From the NCBI RefSeq assembly GCF_009914755.1, contig NC_060932.1: a DNA stretch of 64,000 nucleotides. The stretch is one strand, 5' to 3'. The position numbers and the translations under genes were made by a program. Under the pieces are notes generated by a model. The model made no database searches. It saw nothing but the letters and a program-made list of their open reading frames with translations, and was not told where the DNA came from. The first letter of the stretch is position 1. Each line of letters begins with the position of its first letter. This document shows, in pieces, positions 15,969 through 31,551 of this stretch. This stretch comes from the human T2T-CHM13v2.0 reference genome, Homo sapiens.

Positions 15969-16419
15969 CTATACCTATTATCTTATATAAAGAAACACCA
16001 TGATCTTATGGTTCTTTGCTTTAAGTATATTTTTACTATATATTGTAGTTTATACAATATCCTCTGAAAGCAACTTACAAGGACAGAAAGCCTGAAACAA
16101 CACCATGAGGTTAGAAGGTGTGTGTTAGTTGTAACCATCTTGATTAGGCTTTCTAAGGATTCTCTTATATTAATTATCACTTAATCATTATTATACAAAG
16201 TATATTTGCAAGGTGTGCATGTTCATCTTTGTCTAACACAAGAAAAGTGTATTGCCTTCAGAATTCCATCTTCTCACCAACTCAAAGATTTTGTTCTTGG
16301 AGTTTATCCTTTTTTTCCCCCTTCATCAATTCTCTTATTTCCATCAAGATAAAAATATGCGTTACACGGTCAATCTTAAGAATGAGATAAACAACCAAAA
16401 CCACCAACAAAACAAACTA

Positions 16420-17490
16420 ACAACACCAATCTCTGGACTTCACAGTCACCCAGCCACCATATCCCTACTCTGGTTATCATTAGCACAAATTTTTCAAAGT
16501 GTTGGGTGTACCTTCCATTTTCCCATCCTCCCTTCCAAGACTGTCTTCCTCTCATCTATTCAGGCTTTCCTTCACAGCCTTCCACTCAAATGATCTTACC
16601 AAAGCCACTGTGACCTCCGGATGCAAAAACCAATGGTCAATTCTTAGGCTTCCTCTTACTAAGTAGGTTTTAATACAGTTGAATGCTCTCTTCTTTCTCC
16701 AAAGGCTTTCCTTTCTTAGCTCCCTGGATGCCACTCTCCTCCTAACTCACTGGACCCAACTTCTCATTTGGCTGATTCGGAACTTCTGCTGCCCCATGTG
16801 TTGAAATTAATTCTATGCCGATGGGTTTCCAGTATTTCTTTTTCTTTAATATGATCCTGTTATATGAACTGAAGACTCTTGTCAATCACTCTTGAATACA
16901 TCCCTCAATATCCCCAGGAGAAAAAGGTCTGTATTTTCTTCCCAAACCTGCTTTGCTTCCAGTGGTTTTCACGTAAAACAGAGCATCCTCATTCATGCAG
17001 GTGCAAAATCTTGACCCCACTCTGTATTTTATATGACACCTTCACTTCCTGCCAATCAAGTCAGCTCTAACCTTGCATCCTTCCTGTAGTCTCAGCTTCC
17101 ATCTTGCATCTCTTGCTGGGATTATTGTGTAACATGTTCCTGTTGAGACTCACGCATTGTCTTTCAAGTAAACATTGAAAAAGCTCAGATCATGTCAAGC
17201 TCTTCAAATCCATCCAATGGCTTCATGCAACATCCTGAGTTAACATCCAAGTTACTTATGTTATCTGCCCTCCATAACTAACTTCACGTCCCTCCACTTT
17301 CCCCTCGGTTTCAGGGGTCTGGCCACAGTGCCCCTCTGCTTTATCCTAAACTTGGTGTCTTGGTCCTCCCATTGTACCTCCGTCTGCTGAGAGCCCACCC
17401 AAATTAGCTGGCCTGTCCATTCCCTGCTTCACAATCAAGTCTCAGCCTGTCAGAGACCTGCCTAGGCAATTAAAGAATGAGCGTACTCTC
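16420..17490 (+). mobile_element. L2 LINE fragments
   Basis: ccaatggtcaattctta...acagttga...ctccctggatgccactctcctcc and ctcagatcatgtc...atccaatggcttc match recalled L2 3' region; ends approximate. Confidence 0.65.
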
Positions 17491-17759
17491 CTCTGTCCCA
17501 GGTACTCATGACTCAACCACAGAAGAAGAAACAGTATCCTCATTTGAAAAGTCATGGTACCATTGAAGGAGACAAATACAGAAAAGTCATTATGGGAAAG
17601 GAATAATTTTGGTGTAAAAACGTCATGGAAACGTTTTTCTCCTGTATTATATAGAAGAAAACAAATTCTGCCTAGGGAAAAGAAGAAAGGCTGCATGTCA
17701 GAGACACCCTCTGACCTGGACAGGAGGAGTTTTGCCTGGTGAAAAATGTAGAAAGGCTT

Positions 17760-17927
17760 ATTTATTTATTTATTTATTTATTATTTTTTTGAGACCGAGT
17801 CTCGCTGTATTGCCGAGGCTGGAGTGCAGTGGCGCGATCTCCGCTCACTGCAAGCTCCGCTTCCCGGGTTCACTCCATTCTCCTGCCTCAGTCTCCTGAG
17901 TAGCTGCGACCACAGGCGCCTGCCACC
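17760..17927 (-). mobile_element. 5'-truncated AluY (right monomer only) with (TAAA)n tail and 7-bp TSD
   Basis: AluY-diagnostic TGCAAGCTCCGC...GTTCACTCCATTCTCC; TSD AAGGCTT at 17753-17759 and 17928-17934. Confidence 0.88.
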
Positions 17928-18785
17928 AAGGCTTTTGAATGAAGAGAAAATCACATATGTAATGGCACAAAGTGGTCCAACTTTTAACCTTTTGAAGAGA
18001 ATGACTGAGAAATGATGCTAATTCACTAGAAGTTAGCACTCAAGAAGTAGACACGTCGTAGCGAGTGGGAAAGTAAGTGTGGAGTATCCAGTGCACATAG
18101 TTAGCAACTAGTAGCAGACAATGTTATGTAGAATGGGGATTGTGCAGGTTTATCTAAGCCAACTGGAATACGGGGCTCTTTTTCTACAATATTACCGTTA
18201 ACATCTGCAGAAATACTGACTAGGAAACACAATCAGGAAACACTGCTTTAATAAGGCCTTCTGAGAAAGGCAGAAATAAACTCGATTAACAAGAAAGAAG
18301 GCAGATATAAAAGCATATGAATACCATTTATGATAAACCACAAAGTCTCTGGATGGGTAAATGCCTCATTTGTATAATAAAGTTGCTAGTTATTTGTATA
18401 CTTAAAAAAAAAACTCCATGGTATCAGTGTCACTGGCAATTGTTTGCAGCACAGTTTCAAGGCAAAAATCCTACCAAATGAAATTACTCCTCTAACATAC
18501 CTGAAGAATTTGTTTACTTTAAAGTCGACTTTGAAATCCAAAGTGTTGTCTTTTGTTTTTAAAAAGACTTTCTGCTTGTGTGCAACTGTCTAGATGAAAT
18601 TTATTTCTTCTGCAGGCTTTAGGTATTATTTTCTACTGGTTATGTTTAAATGAATTGTTCTGAATGTTTACAGACTGTTAACCACTTTAAAGACCCATGA
18701 AAGAGTATTTTATTGTTGTTGGCTTGCTTGTTTGTGCAAGTAGTTTATAATGACAGTGTCAGCTGTGTAGTTACATTCTGACTTT

Positions 18786-19120
18786 TATATGGTCTGAGTG
18801 TGTTACCCAAAATCCATGTGCTGGAAATTTGATCCCCTTTTTGGGAGTGTTTATGTCATGAGGGACCCACCCTCATTAATGGATTAAAGCCATTAAAAGG
18901 GCTTCTTCTCTTTTACCCCATGGGGATATGGGCGATTCTCCCCTTTCTGACCATATTACCTTCTGCCATGTGATGTCACAGCAAGAAGGCTCACCCCAGA
19001 TGCCAGCACCTTGATCTTGGACTTCCCAGGGTCCAGAATTGAGAAACAAATTTCTGTTATTTATAAATTATCTAGTCTCAGGAATGCTGTTATGGCAAGT
19101 GGCACAAACAGACTAAGACA
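18786..19120 (+). mobile_element. MaLR solo LTR (MST/MLT1A-like)
   Basis: tatggtctgagtgtg...cccaaaatccatgtgctggaa...gcaccttgatcttggacttcccag...aaacagactaagaca. Confidence 0.8.
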
Positions 19121-19708
19121 GTAGTCGTCAAAAGAGTTACTGTCAGACCTGTGGTGAGGGCACCAGAATAAGAAACTGATGCAGTAAAATGAATAGAATT
19201 TGCACAGACTTCTGAGAAACACCTGCAGAAGTGAACTGTAACAGACTTGCGTCACTGCCATTTTCTTTTTTTGGAGAAGTCTATTTAAATTCATTTTGGG
19301 TCCTGATGAAAGTAAGAACTGGAGGAAGTGATATTCTCATAGCAATACTAATTGAGATACACCAGGGGAGAATGCAGAGAGAGAGGGATTTAGGAATTAG
19401 TGTTGGGAAGATTTAAGTCTTTGATATATAAAGTGGCAAGTTTCATGATTACTGCTGATTACAACAAATTTCCAAGAAATCAAGTGGTCTGAGCCAGTCT
19501 TGAAAGCTTCACTTGAGTAGTGAAATACCAAGAAAAATCAACAAAGTCAGATTAAGATAAATGGCAACTAGGTAGAATTAGAGGGAGTATAAAGTAGTTC
19601 AGAGCATCTTAAAATCCCCAAGAAATATTTTCCTTGAAGACACTATTTGATTTTACATAATGTTAATCAACATGCACTAGTTAGTAGGCAATTGTGAAGT
19701 TCTTATTA

Positions 19709-20102
19709 CAGTTGACTCTTGAAAAATGTGGGTTTGAACTACTTGAATCCATTTATACATGAATTGTTTTCAATAAATACATTGACAATTTTTTGGAGAT
19801 TTGCTACAACTTAAAAACACATGCAGACGAACCATGTCATCAAGACTTACCTTAGAAATTAGTAAAATGTTAGGTATATCATGAAAGCACAAAATATATG
19901 TAGATACTAGTTTATTTATGTGTTAATTGACTGTAGGCTTTTGGTCAACAGTAGGCTATTAGTAGTTAAGTTTTTGGGGCGTCAAGAGTTACCCTCAGGT
20001 TTTCCACTGTGTGGGGGTTGACACCCCAACCCTTGTATTATTGAACTACAGTTGACCTTGAATAATACAAGGATTAGGGGTGTCGATCCCCGCACAGTGG
20101 AA
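19709..20102 (+). mobile_element. Tigger2a-like DNA transposon followed by an inverted copy of its right end
   Basis: TA|CAGTTGACTCTTGAA left TIR; GGTCAACAGTAGGCTATTAGTAGTTAAGTTTTTGGGG near right end; second TA|CAGTTGACCTTGAA at 20047 in the opposite orientation. Confidence 0.85.
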
Positions 20103-21164
20103 CATCATCTTACTTATGAGTAACTCATCTTACAGTAACATACAGCAGTAGAGCTGTTGTTTATATAAAAGTGGGGCAAGCAAACTTTCTACCAAGATCT
20201 TCAGTTTCGGTTTGGGAGATAAGATAAATACTCAACTATTGTGACACATAATCTCATAAGTGGCATCAGAAGTTATTAAGGAATTTATGAGATCTCAAAA
20301 GTAGGATAAATTACATGTGACTGTGGTACCCAGGGACCACCTTATGAAAATTACATTTGATCTGGGCTATGAGGAATAAGGAAGGAAAACCCTCTTCGTC
20401 CAAAGCATCATATGCACAAATGCAAGTTAATATGATTGTTCCCATCCTTTGGCAGCTGTAGTGCAGCAGGGCCCTTTCTGTTGGTGGAGGGTGGGGGCAT
20501 GCTGGAAATGAAGACACTGCAGAGGTTCTCAGTGTGACCTGTTCACTGAGCATCATTTGTTTATGTGACCAAGTTTATCTCTCACATGTTTGGCCAGTTT
20601 TTAAGTGGCGGCAATTTTTTCTTATCTGTAGAAAAAATTAGCATCTATGTCATAGAACTATACAAATTAAACAATCTAACCCATACAAATAATTTCTGCT
20701 GTAACATAAACCTTATGCAAATATTATCTATATATTATCATTAAAAATAAAGATGTTACCTAACTTGGAGTATTTTTTGTCATTGCATATGAATATATTA
20801 AACTACAAGCTCATCCTCAACTGTGTGTGTCCACCTGCTTCTTTCATCCTAGAGGTGGTTGTCAATGCAAATATTGGCACCTACCGTAGGGTAGAAACCA
20901 ATGCAATCAGGTGACAACAGACCCAGAGGATGCCTCCCAATAAAGGAACTTTCCTCAGAGATCTTGTAGAGTTGGTGAAGAGAATCGAGTGAGAAGGGCT
21001 TTGCAGAATGTAGTGACATCTACAGATTTTTCAAAGACGAGAATTCACAAATTGTGTAACACAAAGTGGCATTTTCTGGATGCCACATAACTGTACTTGC
21101 ACCCTGCTTCGTGGAGGCTCAGCCTCCTGCACCCCATTAGTTGGAATCAAGTCACGCATGTACA

Positions 21165-21211
21165 AACACACACGGATGCACACATTACACACACACACAC
21201 ACCCACACACA
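21165..21211. repeat. Interrupted (CA)n microsatellite, (UG)n on the pre-mRNA ~65 nt downstream of an exon
   Basis: acacacacacacacacccacacaca. Confidence 0.8.
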
Positions 21212-21220
21212 TTCTCACTA

Positions 21221-21784
<564 letters not shown>

Positions 21785-22582
21785 TTAATCAAAATATTAA
21801 AATGTTATCTTGATATGAAAATCTAGCTTTGAAGTTTAAGAGGAAAATTGGTGGAAAGAGGACGGCTTTAGAAATGAAAAAAAGCAGAAGGGATAAACAA
21901 CAAAAATAAATACTTAAGTGCATATAAGTACAGATATGATGTAAATATGAAGATATGATGTGGACATCAATATTGAGGAAATATGGAGATTATAGATGTA
22001 GTTATATATAGATACAGATATAGATGTACATATTGGCATAGATATGTATATTTAAGAAAAACAGGTGAGAATGTTTACAATGGGTTTCATTTAAAAATTG
22101 TCAGTAGACTCTTAGGGACAGTATTTGTCCCAGAGGGACAAAGGACCAGACAAATTTTCAATTTACTCTAAACAGGTGTCCTTTAGAAAAATCTTATTTG
22201 GAGGTCTGCATAACCGAGGAAAAACTTCCTTAAAAATGTAGTTTTAGATGCCCGTAAAGCATATGACCTCATAGTAACCGGAACTACAAACGCTTATTTC
22301 TGGATTCCTATAGTGAAATTAATAAAATTAACTGTGAACAGATAACTTCTAATAAAAATGTGTATTTTTATGATTATAAAACTTTGATCACTCATAATCT
22401 GTGTCTTCTTTATGCTTAATTTCCTTCAGGGCAAGTTCTTCTTTCATGTCATTCATGGCAGCATAGTGCCACACAGTACACATAATAAAATGTAGCCATT
22501 TCATATTAAGTCGGGTTCAAATCTATGTGAAAAGACGAAGTCTACATAATACTTATGTGATCGAAATTCCAAATAGACTCTT

Positions 22583-22882
22583 GTTTATTTTATTTTTTGA
22601 GATAGAGTCTCGCTCTATCTCCTAGGCTGGAGTACAGTGGCGCAATCTCAGCTCACTGCAACTTCCGCCTCCTGGGTTCAAGCCATTCCCCTGACTCTGC
22701 CCCCAGAGTAGCTGCGATTACAGGCATGCACCACGATGCCTGGCTAATTATTTTGTATTTTTAGTAGAGACACGGTTCCACCATATTGGCTAGTCTGGTC
22801 TGGAACTCCTGACCTCAGGTGATACACCTGTCTTGGCCTCCCGAACTGCTGGGATTACAAGCGTGAGTCACTTCACCTGGCC
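22583..22882 (-). mobile_element. AluSx-like with 14-bp TSD
   Basis: TSD CCAAATAGACTCTT at 22569-22582 and 22883-22896. Confidence 0.95.
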
Positions 22883-22924
22883 CCAAATAGACTCTTAAAG
22901 ATGACACGTTTAGTCACAGAAAAA

Positions 22925-23110
22925 AGATTCAGGCTACAATCCTAATCCCAGTGTTTATAATCTACATTTCCTGCACAAAATGCAAAATATCCTGATCTTC
23001 ACTATGCTTACCTATAAAATGAGGATAGAAATATCTATTCTATGAGCCATCTCTGGATTATGTGAAGATAAATTATTCATTATGTATGATGATACTGGGT
23101 AAACATAAAA
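22925..23110 (+). mobile_element. MIR (diverged)
   Basis: cttacctataaaatgaggatagaaatatcta...gattatgtgaagataaatt. Confidence 0.55.
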
Positions 23111-23483
23111 TACAAGGAAAGTACAAAAATTTTCCCAGATATATCATGAAATTGGAAGTTGGACAATCGCTTATTTCCCTTTATTTAATCAATGGTCAGA
23201 TTTTATTGAATAGATGCCTTTATTCCTTACCACGATACCTATATTTCAAGCTTATGTTCACATGCGTATATTCAGGTTATCTGATAAACAGAGAGCAAAA
23301 CGGGGAATGGTTTTTATTGTACAGTTGAAAGACTATTGTTCTTCCAAAATCTTATTAAATAATAAGTTAAAATCTTGAACTATACATGAGAAAAGTAGTT
23401 ATCTCACTTGTTTACACCGTAATATGTTTTTGTTTTGTTCCCGTTTTTCTGTCTCATTTATTAGTCTGTATGTTTGAGACCTA

Positions 23484-23615
<132 letters not shown>

Positions 23616-24084
23616 TTAAAATAATAAAGAGAGATGATTATAGCACTAAAGTTTCACAATGATTGCCAGAACAAAATACTGGTTAAATGGCATGCAATTT
23701 GCACAAGGATTAACAAATTTAATGTCATATCCAAGAAAAACCAAGCAGAACCTGAGCTTTATGTTACTTGCAAATATCATATGCTAGTTCATATGAAGGG
23801 ATCTTAACCACTACAAAACCTTGACAACGTAACACAGAATAAGGCACAGCAGGAGAGCTGGAACCTGCATTAACAAGCCTCAGAATTGCAGACATGGTAC
23901 AGGTTTGCACTCCTGAGAGCCGCTGGTCTTCTTAGCAGCACTTCATTGAGTTCAAATCCCCTCAACAAACCATGTCATGTTCAAACACTCACTTCAGACA
24001 CTCATTTTGGAAAAAAAGAAGAGAAAGTTTTATGTAATCATTTCAATGGGAAAGTGGCAACAATTAGGATGTCTGCAGAATATG

Positions 24085-24300
24085 GGAGCTTAAGTGCTCA
24101 ACTCTGATGTTAGAAAGTTATGAGTTCAAATGCCAGCTCAGCTTCTCACTAGCTCTGTGATCTCTGGTAAGTCTCTCAATCCTTTACATTTCTCCCATCT
24201 TGAAAATAGAAATTATGATAAAATCCATCTCATGGATAGGTGTTTGCAATGATTGCCATTGTAGAACACAATTTACAGTGTGTAGTAGCTACTAAATGAT
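24085..24300 (+). mobile_element. MIR
   Basis: gagttcaaatgccagctcagcttctcactagctctgtgatctctggtaagtctctcaatc. Confidence 0.7.
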
Positions 24301-24733
24301 TAAAATGGTACCTACTGATAGATACTGATCAAAACGTTATCTACTGAGAGTTGCTAACAGGAATTCAATTCTTAAGATATCAATAATTTAACCTTTTGAA
24401 TAGACTCCATATGCCCTAATTTTACAGACATCAAGAGGAGAATATTGACACGTTCCCGCCAACTTTCTTCTTTTATTTCATATCTTAAGACCTCTCAAGC
24501 TATCCTATGAATGGAAGCACTGAACTGAAAAAGAATAAAAGGAAATGGAGTCACCAGAGCCGGAGGGTAGAGGCAGGAAAGGCAACTGCCGTTCATGCTC
24601 TGCAAACAAACAGCCATGTGCTCCGGGTCTTGCTCTTCTCCTGGAACCTCTCCACCTGCAGTTGTGAGGCCTATGGATGTCACCAGCTCAGATCTCGAGA
24701 CCAGGCTGCCCACCCTCACTGCAGCACCTCCAC

Positions 24734-25512
<779 letters not shown>

Positions 25513-25690
25513 TCCACTTACTAGTTAGTAACACGTGCAAAGTTCTCTAGCGCTCTGTGCTTCCATAGCCTCACATGTAAAATGGGGCAAAAATCACAGC
25601 TCATTCCTGCTTGCTGAAGAATGAAATAAGTGAATACATGTAAGGAGCTCACAATAGTGTCTCACAAGTGAAATATCACTCAGTGTCACA
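25513..25690 (+). mobile_element. MIR 3' part; 5' part lies left of the LTR at about 24670-24733
   Basis: ccactttactagtt...ctctgtgcttcc...ctcacatgtaaaatgggg...atacatgtaaggagctcacaatagtgtct. Confidence 0.7.
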
Positions 25691-26149
25691 ATTTACTATG
25701 CATTTCACAAGGTTCCTTTGCTTTTTTTTTTTTTAACATGCCCACATTCTGTGCATGTATGTATTTATACTTCTTTTCTTAAACTAGGTAAGATGAACTA
25801 TCATGAAGTAAATGATACTCAGAATAACTTCTTCCAATTAGTATGATCATTCTGAATTATGTTTTATAAAAGCCTCTTCCACAAATAATATTCACAAAAG
25901 AATTAGATAATCTATGAAAGATGTGACAAGCCTCATCGTGCTCACTAACCATCCATCTTAAGGGAACAAATCATCTCCTTTAATACGTAAACCTCATGGG
26001 AAGCATGATATAAAAATCGGCAAAAGAGAAAATTTTTAAAATAATTTCTAGAATATTTTAAGAATTTCTCATGGAATTTTTGCATCTGAAGATTGCAGTG
26101 ACTCCACATTTCACTGTGAAAGAAGTAACATTATACATCCCACTTGAAA

Positions 26150-27180
26150 TTAATGTATTCAACAAATCGTTATTGGGCACCTGCTATTGAGCAAGCTCTG
26201 CCCCCAGCATCAGGGATGATTAATAATAAGAGAGATAAAATATCTGCCCTTCTAAAGTATGAATTCCAGTTGGAAAAGACAGGATAAAACCTGTAACAAC
26301 ATAAAAGGCAGATGATATACAATATTGGCAGATGACACATGACTGTGAAGAAAATTAAGAAAAAGGGATGGGATAGTGTGAGGCTTCTGGGTGGCCAGCG
26401 GTGCCGTACTTAGGAAGTGGTCTATAAATAAGGACTTGAGAGAGACAAAGGTAACAGTGAATACCTGGGGAACAATTTGGGTAGAGAGAAAGTGGTTAGG
26501 ACCAGGGCTCAAGCTACAGTGGAGCTGCAGGGACAGGGAACAGAAAGGACACCTCTGTGACTGGGGGGTCCTTGTAAGGGTTGGAGGTTTCTTTCAGTGA
26601 CATGATGGGGCACTGGATGGCCCTGCCTAGAAAACGACACGATCTCATGACCTACCTGGGGTTTAGCCCTGCTCCTGAGGCTGTGCTGAGAGAATACACA
26701 GTGGTGAAGGGAGGAAGGTGGTCAGGACCCCGAACCAGGGCATTGGCAGCAAGATGGGAAGACATGGTCTGAACCTGCCTGTGTCCTGAAGGTAGAGCCG
26801 GTGGGACTTTCTCCTGAATGGGATATGGGCATTACGATAAAAAGGAGGAGCTGGGGGTGATTGTGAAGTCATAACCTGAGTGTGAAATAACTACAGGTGA
26901 AGGAGATCTCAGGAGAACCAGGTCATGAGTGTAAGGCAGGTGTTCAGCTTTGGATACCAAAGCTCCAAGTCTGCTGGGCTTGCCTGTAGAATGGCCGACA
27001 TTGTAACAGGTTACATAGGTCTGGAGGCCATGGAAGAGGGTTGAGCAAGGGATAGAAGGGAGACCACAACTATGTGAGAACACCAGTGGCAGTGAATGTA
27101 GAAATAAGCTTCCATAGAGGGAACTAATGCCAGCGCACCGCGTAGTGGGAAGAAAACCAGCAGAGGACGGAGGAGTCCCG
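26150..27180 (-). mobile_element. L2 LINE 3' region
   Basis: attcaacaaatcgttattgggcacctgctattg is the reverse L2 3' terminus, followed by purine-rich L2-like body; right end approximate. Confidence 0.65.
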
Positions 27181-28184
27181 AATTCAGAAGCTTTGGATTC
27201 GTAACTTTTCACTGGTCTATGATTGGATTGGTATGAATTGATGCAATAATTTCTCAAATTTTTATGAAGACGATCACCATAATGAATGTAAAACATTTTA
27301 TGTGAAACTGAGATATCTTATATCCAAAGCTACTTGTCAGTGGTCTTTATCCCAAAATCTGCATGTTATATAAACTGATAAAATTAATTCATATCCAACT
27401 ATGTTTAACAGTATAAAAACAATCAATCTTTATTTTATCCTCTGTCTTCATATCATCAGGAAAAGTTACTTGATCATTTATTGGGGAAAAATCTGGGAGG
27501 GAATGTGCTCTGCCCTCTTTTTGATGTTTTCCCTCCATACCACACACAGAACCCGGAAATCAATGACCAGCCCCGTCATGCTGCCATCAGGAGAAAGTCA
27601 GACAGAAAGTTAGAGATAAAGCTGCTCTCAGGCTTGTTTAGATTTATATGGGTGCAAACACAACGTAGTCCAATTCAGTTATCATGAAGACTTTACATAA
27701 AAGTAATTCTGTCCACAAATCCTATAATATTTTTCAGGAGAAGGAAATTTGATGTATGGAGAATTGAATTGGTATTCTCACCTAAAATTGAAGTGAGGAG
27801 ATGAGAGAATGAAATGAAATACCTGAATTACATTTTAGTGTCTATACAGGTGAGGGCTATATTCATATGTAGACATGTCTACATTCCCTTAGCAGAGCTA
27901 CAAATATAGCTGCTCATAATTTGAATTATGTTAATCTGTTTCTTCATGCACGGTAGATCCTTTTCTGAGTAGCTGTAAAAGACACAGTAAAATTTTACTG
28001 TTGCTGTCCTTAATGCTATAATTTCTTGAATTTTACTTTTCTACTTATGTAACCCAGCCAACACCAAGGATGCAGGTATGTTACATTAGAAATCTTTTGG
28101 ATGGAGGACTAAGATATGCAGAAATCATTGAAGAACAAAAGAGGAGACATACGTTGTGATATTTTCCTGGCTGAGTTGAAGTAA

Positions 28185-28501
<317 letters not shown>

Positions 28502-31254
28502 CATCCACCCGTTTTTCAAGTTCTGTCTTTTGTCCTCTACTTTTATCCATTCATCTATCCCATCCTGCATTTAGAGTTACTTATTAAGAAACATACTAAT
28601 GTTTTCCATACACTCATTGATGCTTCTGGGCATAGAACAACGAATAAGACAGAAAAGTCCCTGTTTTTCCAAAGTTTACATTCTAATGGGGAAGGCAAAT
28701 AACTTGGTTTTAAAACTCCAGATAACGAGGTCTGATTTATTCTAAGAACAAGAATATTAAGTTGTTCTCTAAACTCAAAGGAGGTCTAGATGATTAGACT
28801 ATGACGGACATGCTGGTGAATCAACAAAGTGATGAATGCACATCCTGGCAAATGTCCACTCCCAGGATGGTGAGTATGGAGTAAGTGATACAAGGTCGGA
28901 GGAAATGCAGAAGATCAGAAGCAACCCTATGGTAGCAGGGTGCCCCGAGACAGGCTGTCTGCTGAGGTTTCTCTGCCAACTCATTCCAGGATCCTACGGC
29001 TTCCTACTGATGTTCATGGCAAAGCACACAGCCCTCTGGGGATTCTTTAGTTATTTATTGTCTTCCCACCACCCGCACCACCCCATCACTTCCCCAGACC
29101 CTGCCAAAGTCTTCTAATAAATGGAAGTTTGCAGAGTCAGTTATTGTTGCCTGGAACTCAGAAATTGAATTCAACAAGTTTATGGATGGGAGGAGGGCGG
29201 CAGTTGAAGCACGCAGACAATTTCACAGGCAACAGTGATCTCCGTGTTAGAGACGGCAGTGGGAAAAAGAGGAGCTGGTGATGATACACCTGCTAGCTCC
29301 CTGGACGGTGGCATTCACCTCCACGGTGCCCAACTGTAACTTGAAACCTGACAGCTTCCACATGTACATGTTAAACACTGACCTCGTTCTCCAACTGTGT
29401 TGAACTTCCAACTGCTTGCCAGGTTTCTCGGGATGTCACCTTGGAGTCACCTCTCTCTCCTAAACTCCTGTATCCTCCTAGTGACACTTCTATCTACTCC
29501 CCACTATTGCTTTCTTCAACTGGTGTGTTTCAGGTTATTTTTGTCTTATCAATTGCCTAGCCTCTGCAAGTCTGCCTCTTCCTCAAAGAGATCCACCTGT
29601 GAAAGCACAGCCTTGGGCCTGATCTGTTTCCATCTTTTCTCTTTTTTTCCATCATTTTCTTGTTCTCCTGAAACCACAAATACAGTTCTATTTGAAGTCA
29701 GACTTAATGAGTTACTTTCCACTTCAATAATATTCATAGACTCTCCATGCCCTACAGAAGTCGCTGATTTTATTCATATATTTATATGAATACATTATAT
29801 ATGTTTTTATGAATAAATATGTTGTTCACATATTTATTTATAATAGAAACTTTCCACCAAAAGGAATCTTGTGCAGAAACCCCCAGTAGGAAGGAGGGGA
29901 GTAAATTGGGGCAGTCCAGCTGCATAGGAGAGATTCCAATCCTGATGACCAGCCCCCATCTCACCCTCAGAAAAACCCTGGGGTCCTCACAGTGTGATCG
30001 CTGGACACTGCAGCATGAATCTCTGCCTATGGCCATAGACCAGCACTCGAGGCATTTGATCATCATCTACCTTCAGTGATTCACACCCCTCAATCCTCCA
30101 GACCTCTTTTGTTCTCTTTGCACCTCAGTTTATAACCATTTCTTCACGTTGAAACATGTCCCTCCCTCTCAACCTCCATCTTAAAGATGTATCTCCAAAA
30201 TTGCCTCCAAGCTTTCGATATCCCAAATTGGAACTTTTTTTCTCCAACTTCTTTATCCTCATCCACTTTTCTGTGTCTAATAAAGCACTTACTTCATTGT
30301 GTGATTTTTAAAAATGTCTTTCCTTTTGCTATGCTGATAGATTTTAAACTTCTGTGTGATTGCAAATACAGCAGGTTCTCAATAAATGCTTGTGGAGAGA
30401 GTAAACAGTTTTCAAAAATACTTATTTAATAAAAAAATTTTTTTGACAATATAAAAATATTTTAATAACATAATTACTATTGAAATATTAAGAAATAAAG
30501 AGTAAACTAATTGCCTGCAAGTATGGATGAAAAGGGTAACCAATAATACTTTCTCAAATGCCAAGAACAACAAATTTGTCTGAAAACATATTTGAATTGG
30601 GAAGGAAAGCATTGATTATATCTCATGGTGACACAGACTTGTTTTTAAAGCTTTCTATTAATAAATTTTTCTACAGAACATATATCTTATTCATAATAAA
30701 AAAGATAATTAAAATTTACAATGTTAAATATAAAATATTCATATTTATCATGTTACCTCCCATTCTCCGTGAAAAATGTGCAGTTGAACTACTTGCATGA
30801 TTCCAAATAAATTCTTTTTTTGTTGTTAAAACTATCTTTTTTTAATTAAAAAAAATTTCAAAGTTTTCTTTGCGTTTGTCTTTCACAAAATTAGAGGACA
30901 ATTTATCCCAATGTTCACTTCTTTAACATTTGAATGTGTGAAAGAGTAATGTTAAAAACACACTGAACTGATGCTATGCACCCAGCACAGACACTGAGTT
31001 TATCGTGTTTCATGTTGATACACAATATTATAATTTTTTTTTTCTTTTCTGAAAGCTATGAATGTTTAAAGGTTTAAATATCCTACTTATGTAACTTTTG
31101 TTGCACGAAAAACCCATGGGGTTTAAGAGATTGCTTAAGATTTAAAGGGTAATGAGAACAAGCCTTATGGTTGGATGAAAACTATCAAACGTGACTGACT
31201 GAAACTCCCATATCAAACTCTAACATCACCCAAAATTTGTAGATTTAGTAATAG

Positions 31255-31551
31255 CTCTTTCTTTGTGGAGACAGAGTCTTGCTCTATTGTCCAGGCTGTA
31301 GTGTAGTGGTGTGATCTTGGCTCACTGCAGCCTTGACCACCTGGGCTCAAGTGATCCCCCTGCCTCAGCGTCCTGAACCGCTGGGACTATAGGCACATGC
31401 CAATACCCCCAGCTAATTTTTGTGTTTTTTTGTGTGGAAATGGGGTTTTACTATGTTGCCCAGGCTGGCCTCGAACTCCTGGGCCTCAGCAATCTATCTA
31501 CCTCAGCCTCCCAATGTGCTAGGATTACAGGCATGAGCCACCATGCCTGGC
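31255..31551 (-). mobile_element. AluJ
   Basis: AluJ-diagnostic GCAGCCTTGACC..CTGGGCTCAAGTGATCC; TSD TTAGTAATAG/TTATTAATAG. Confidence 0.9.
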
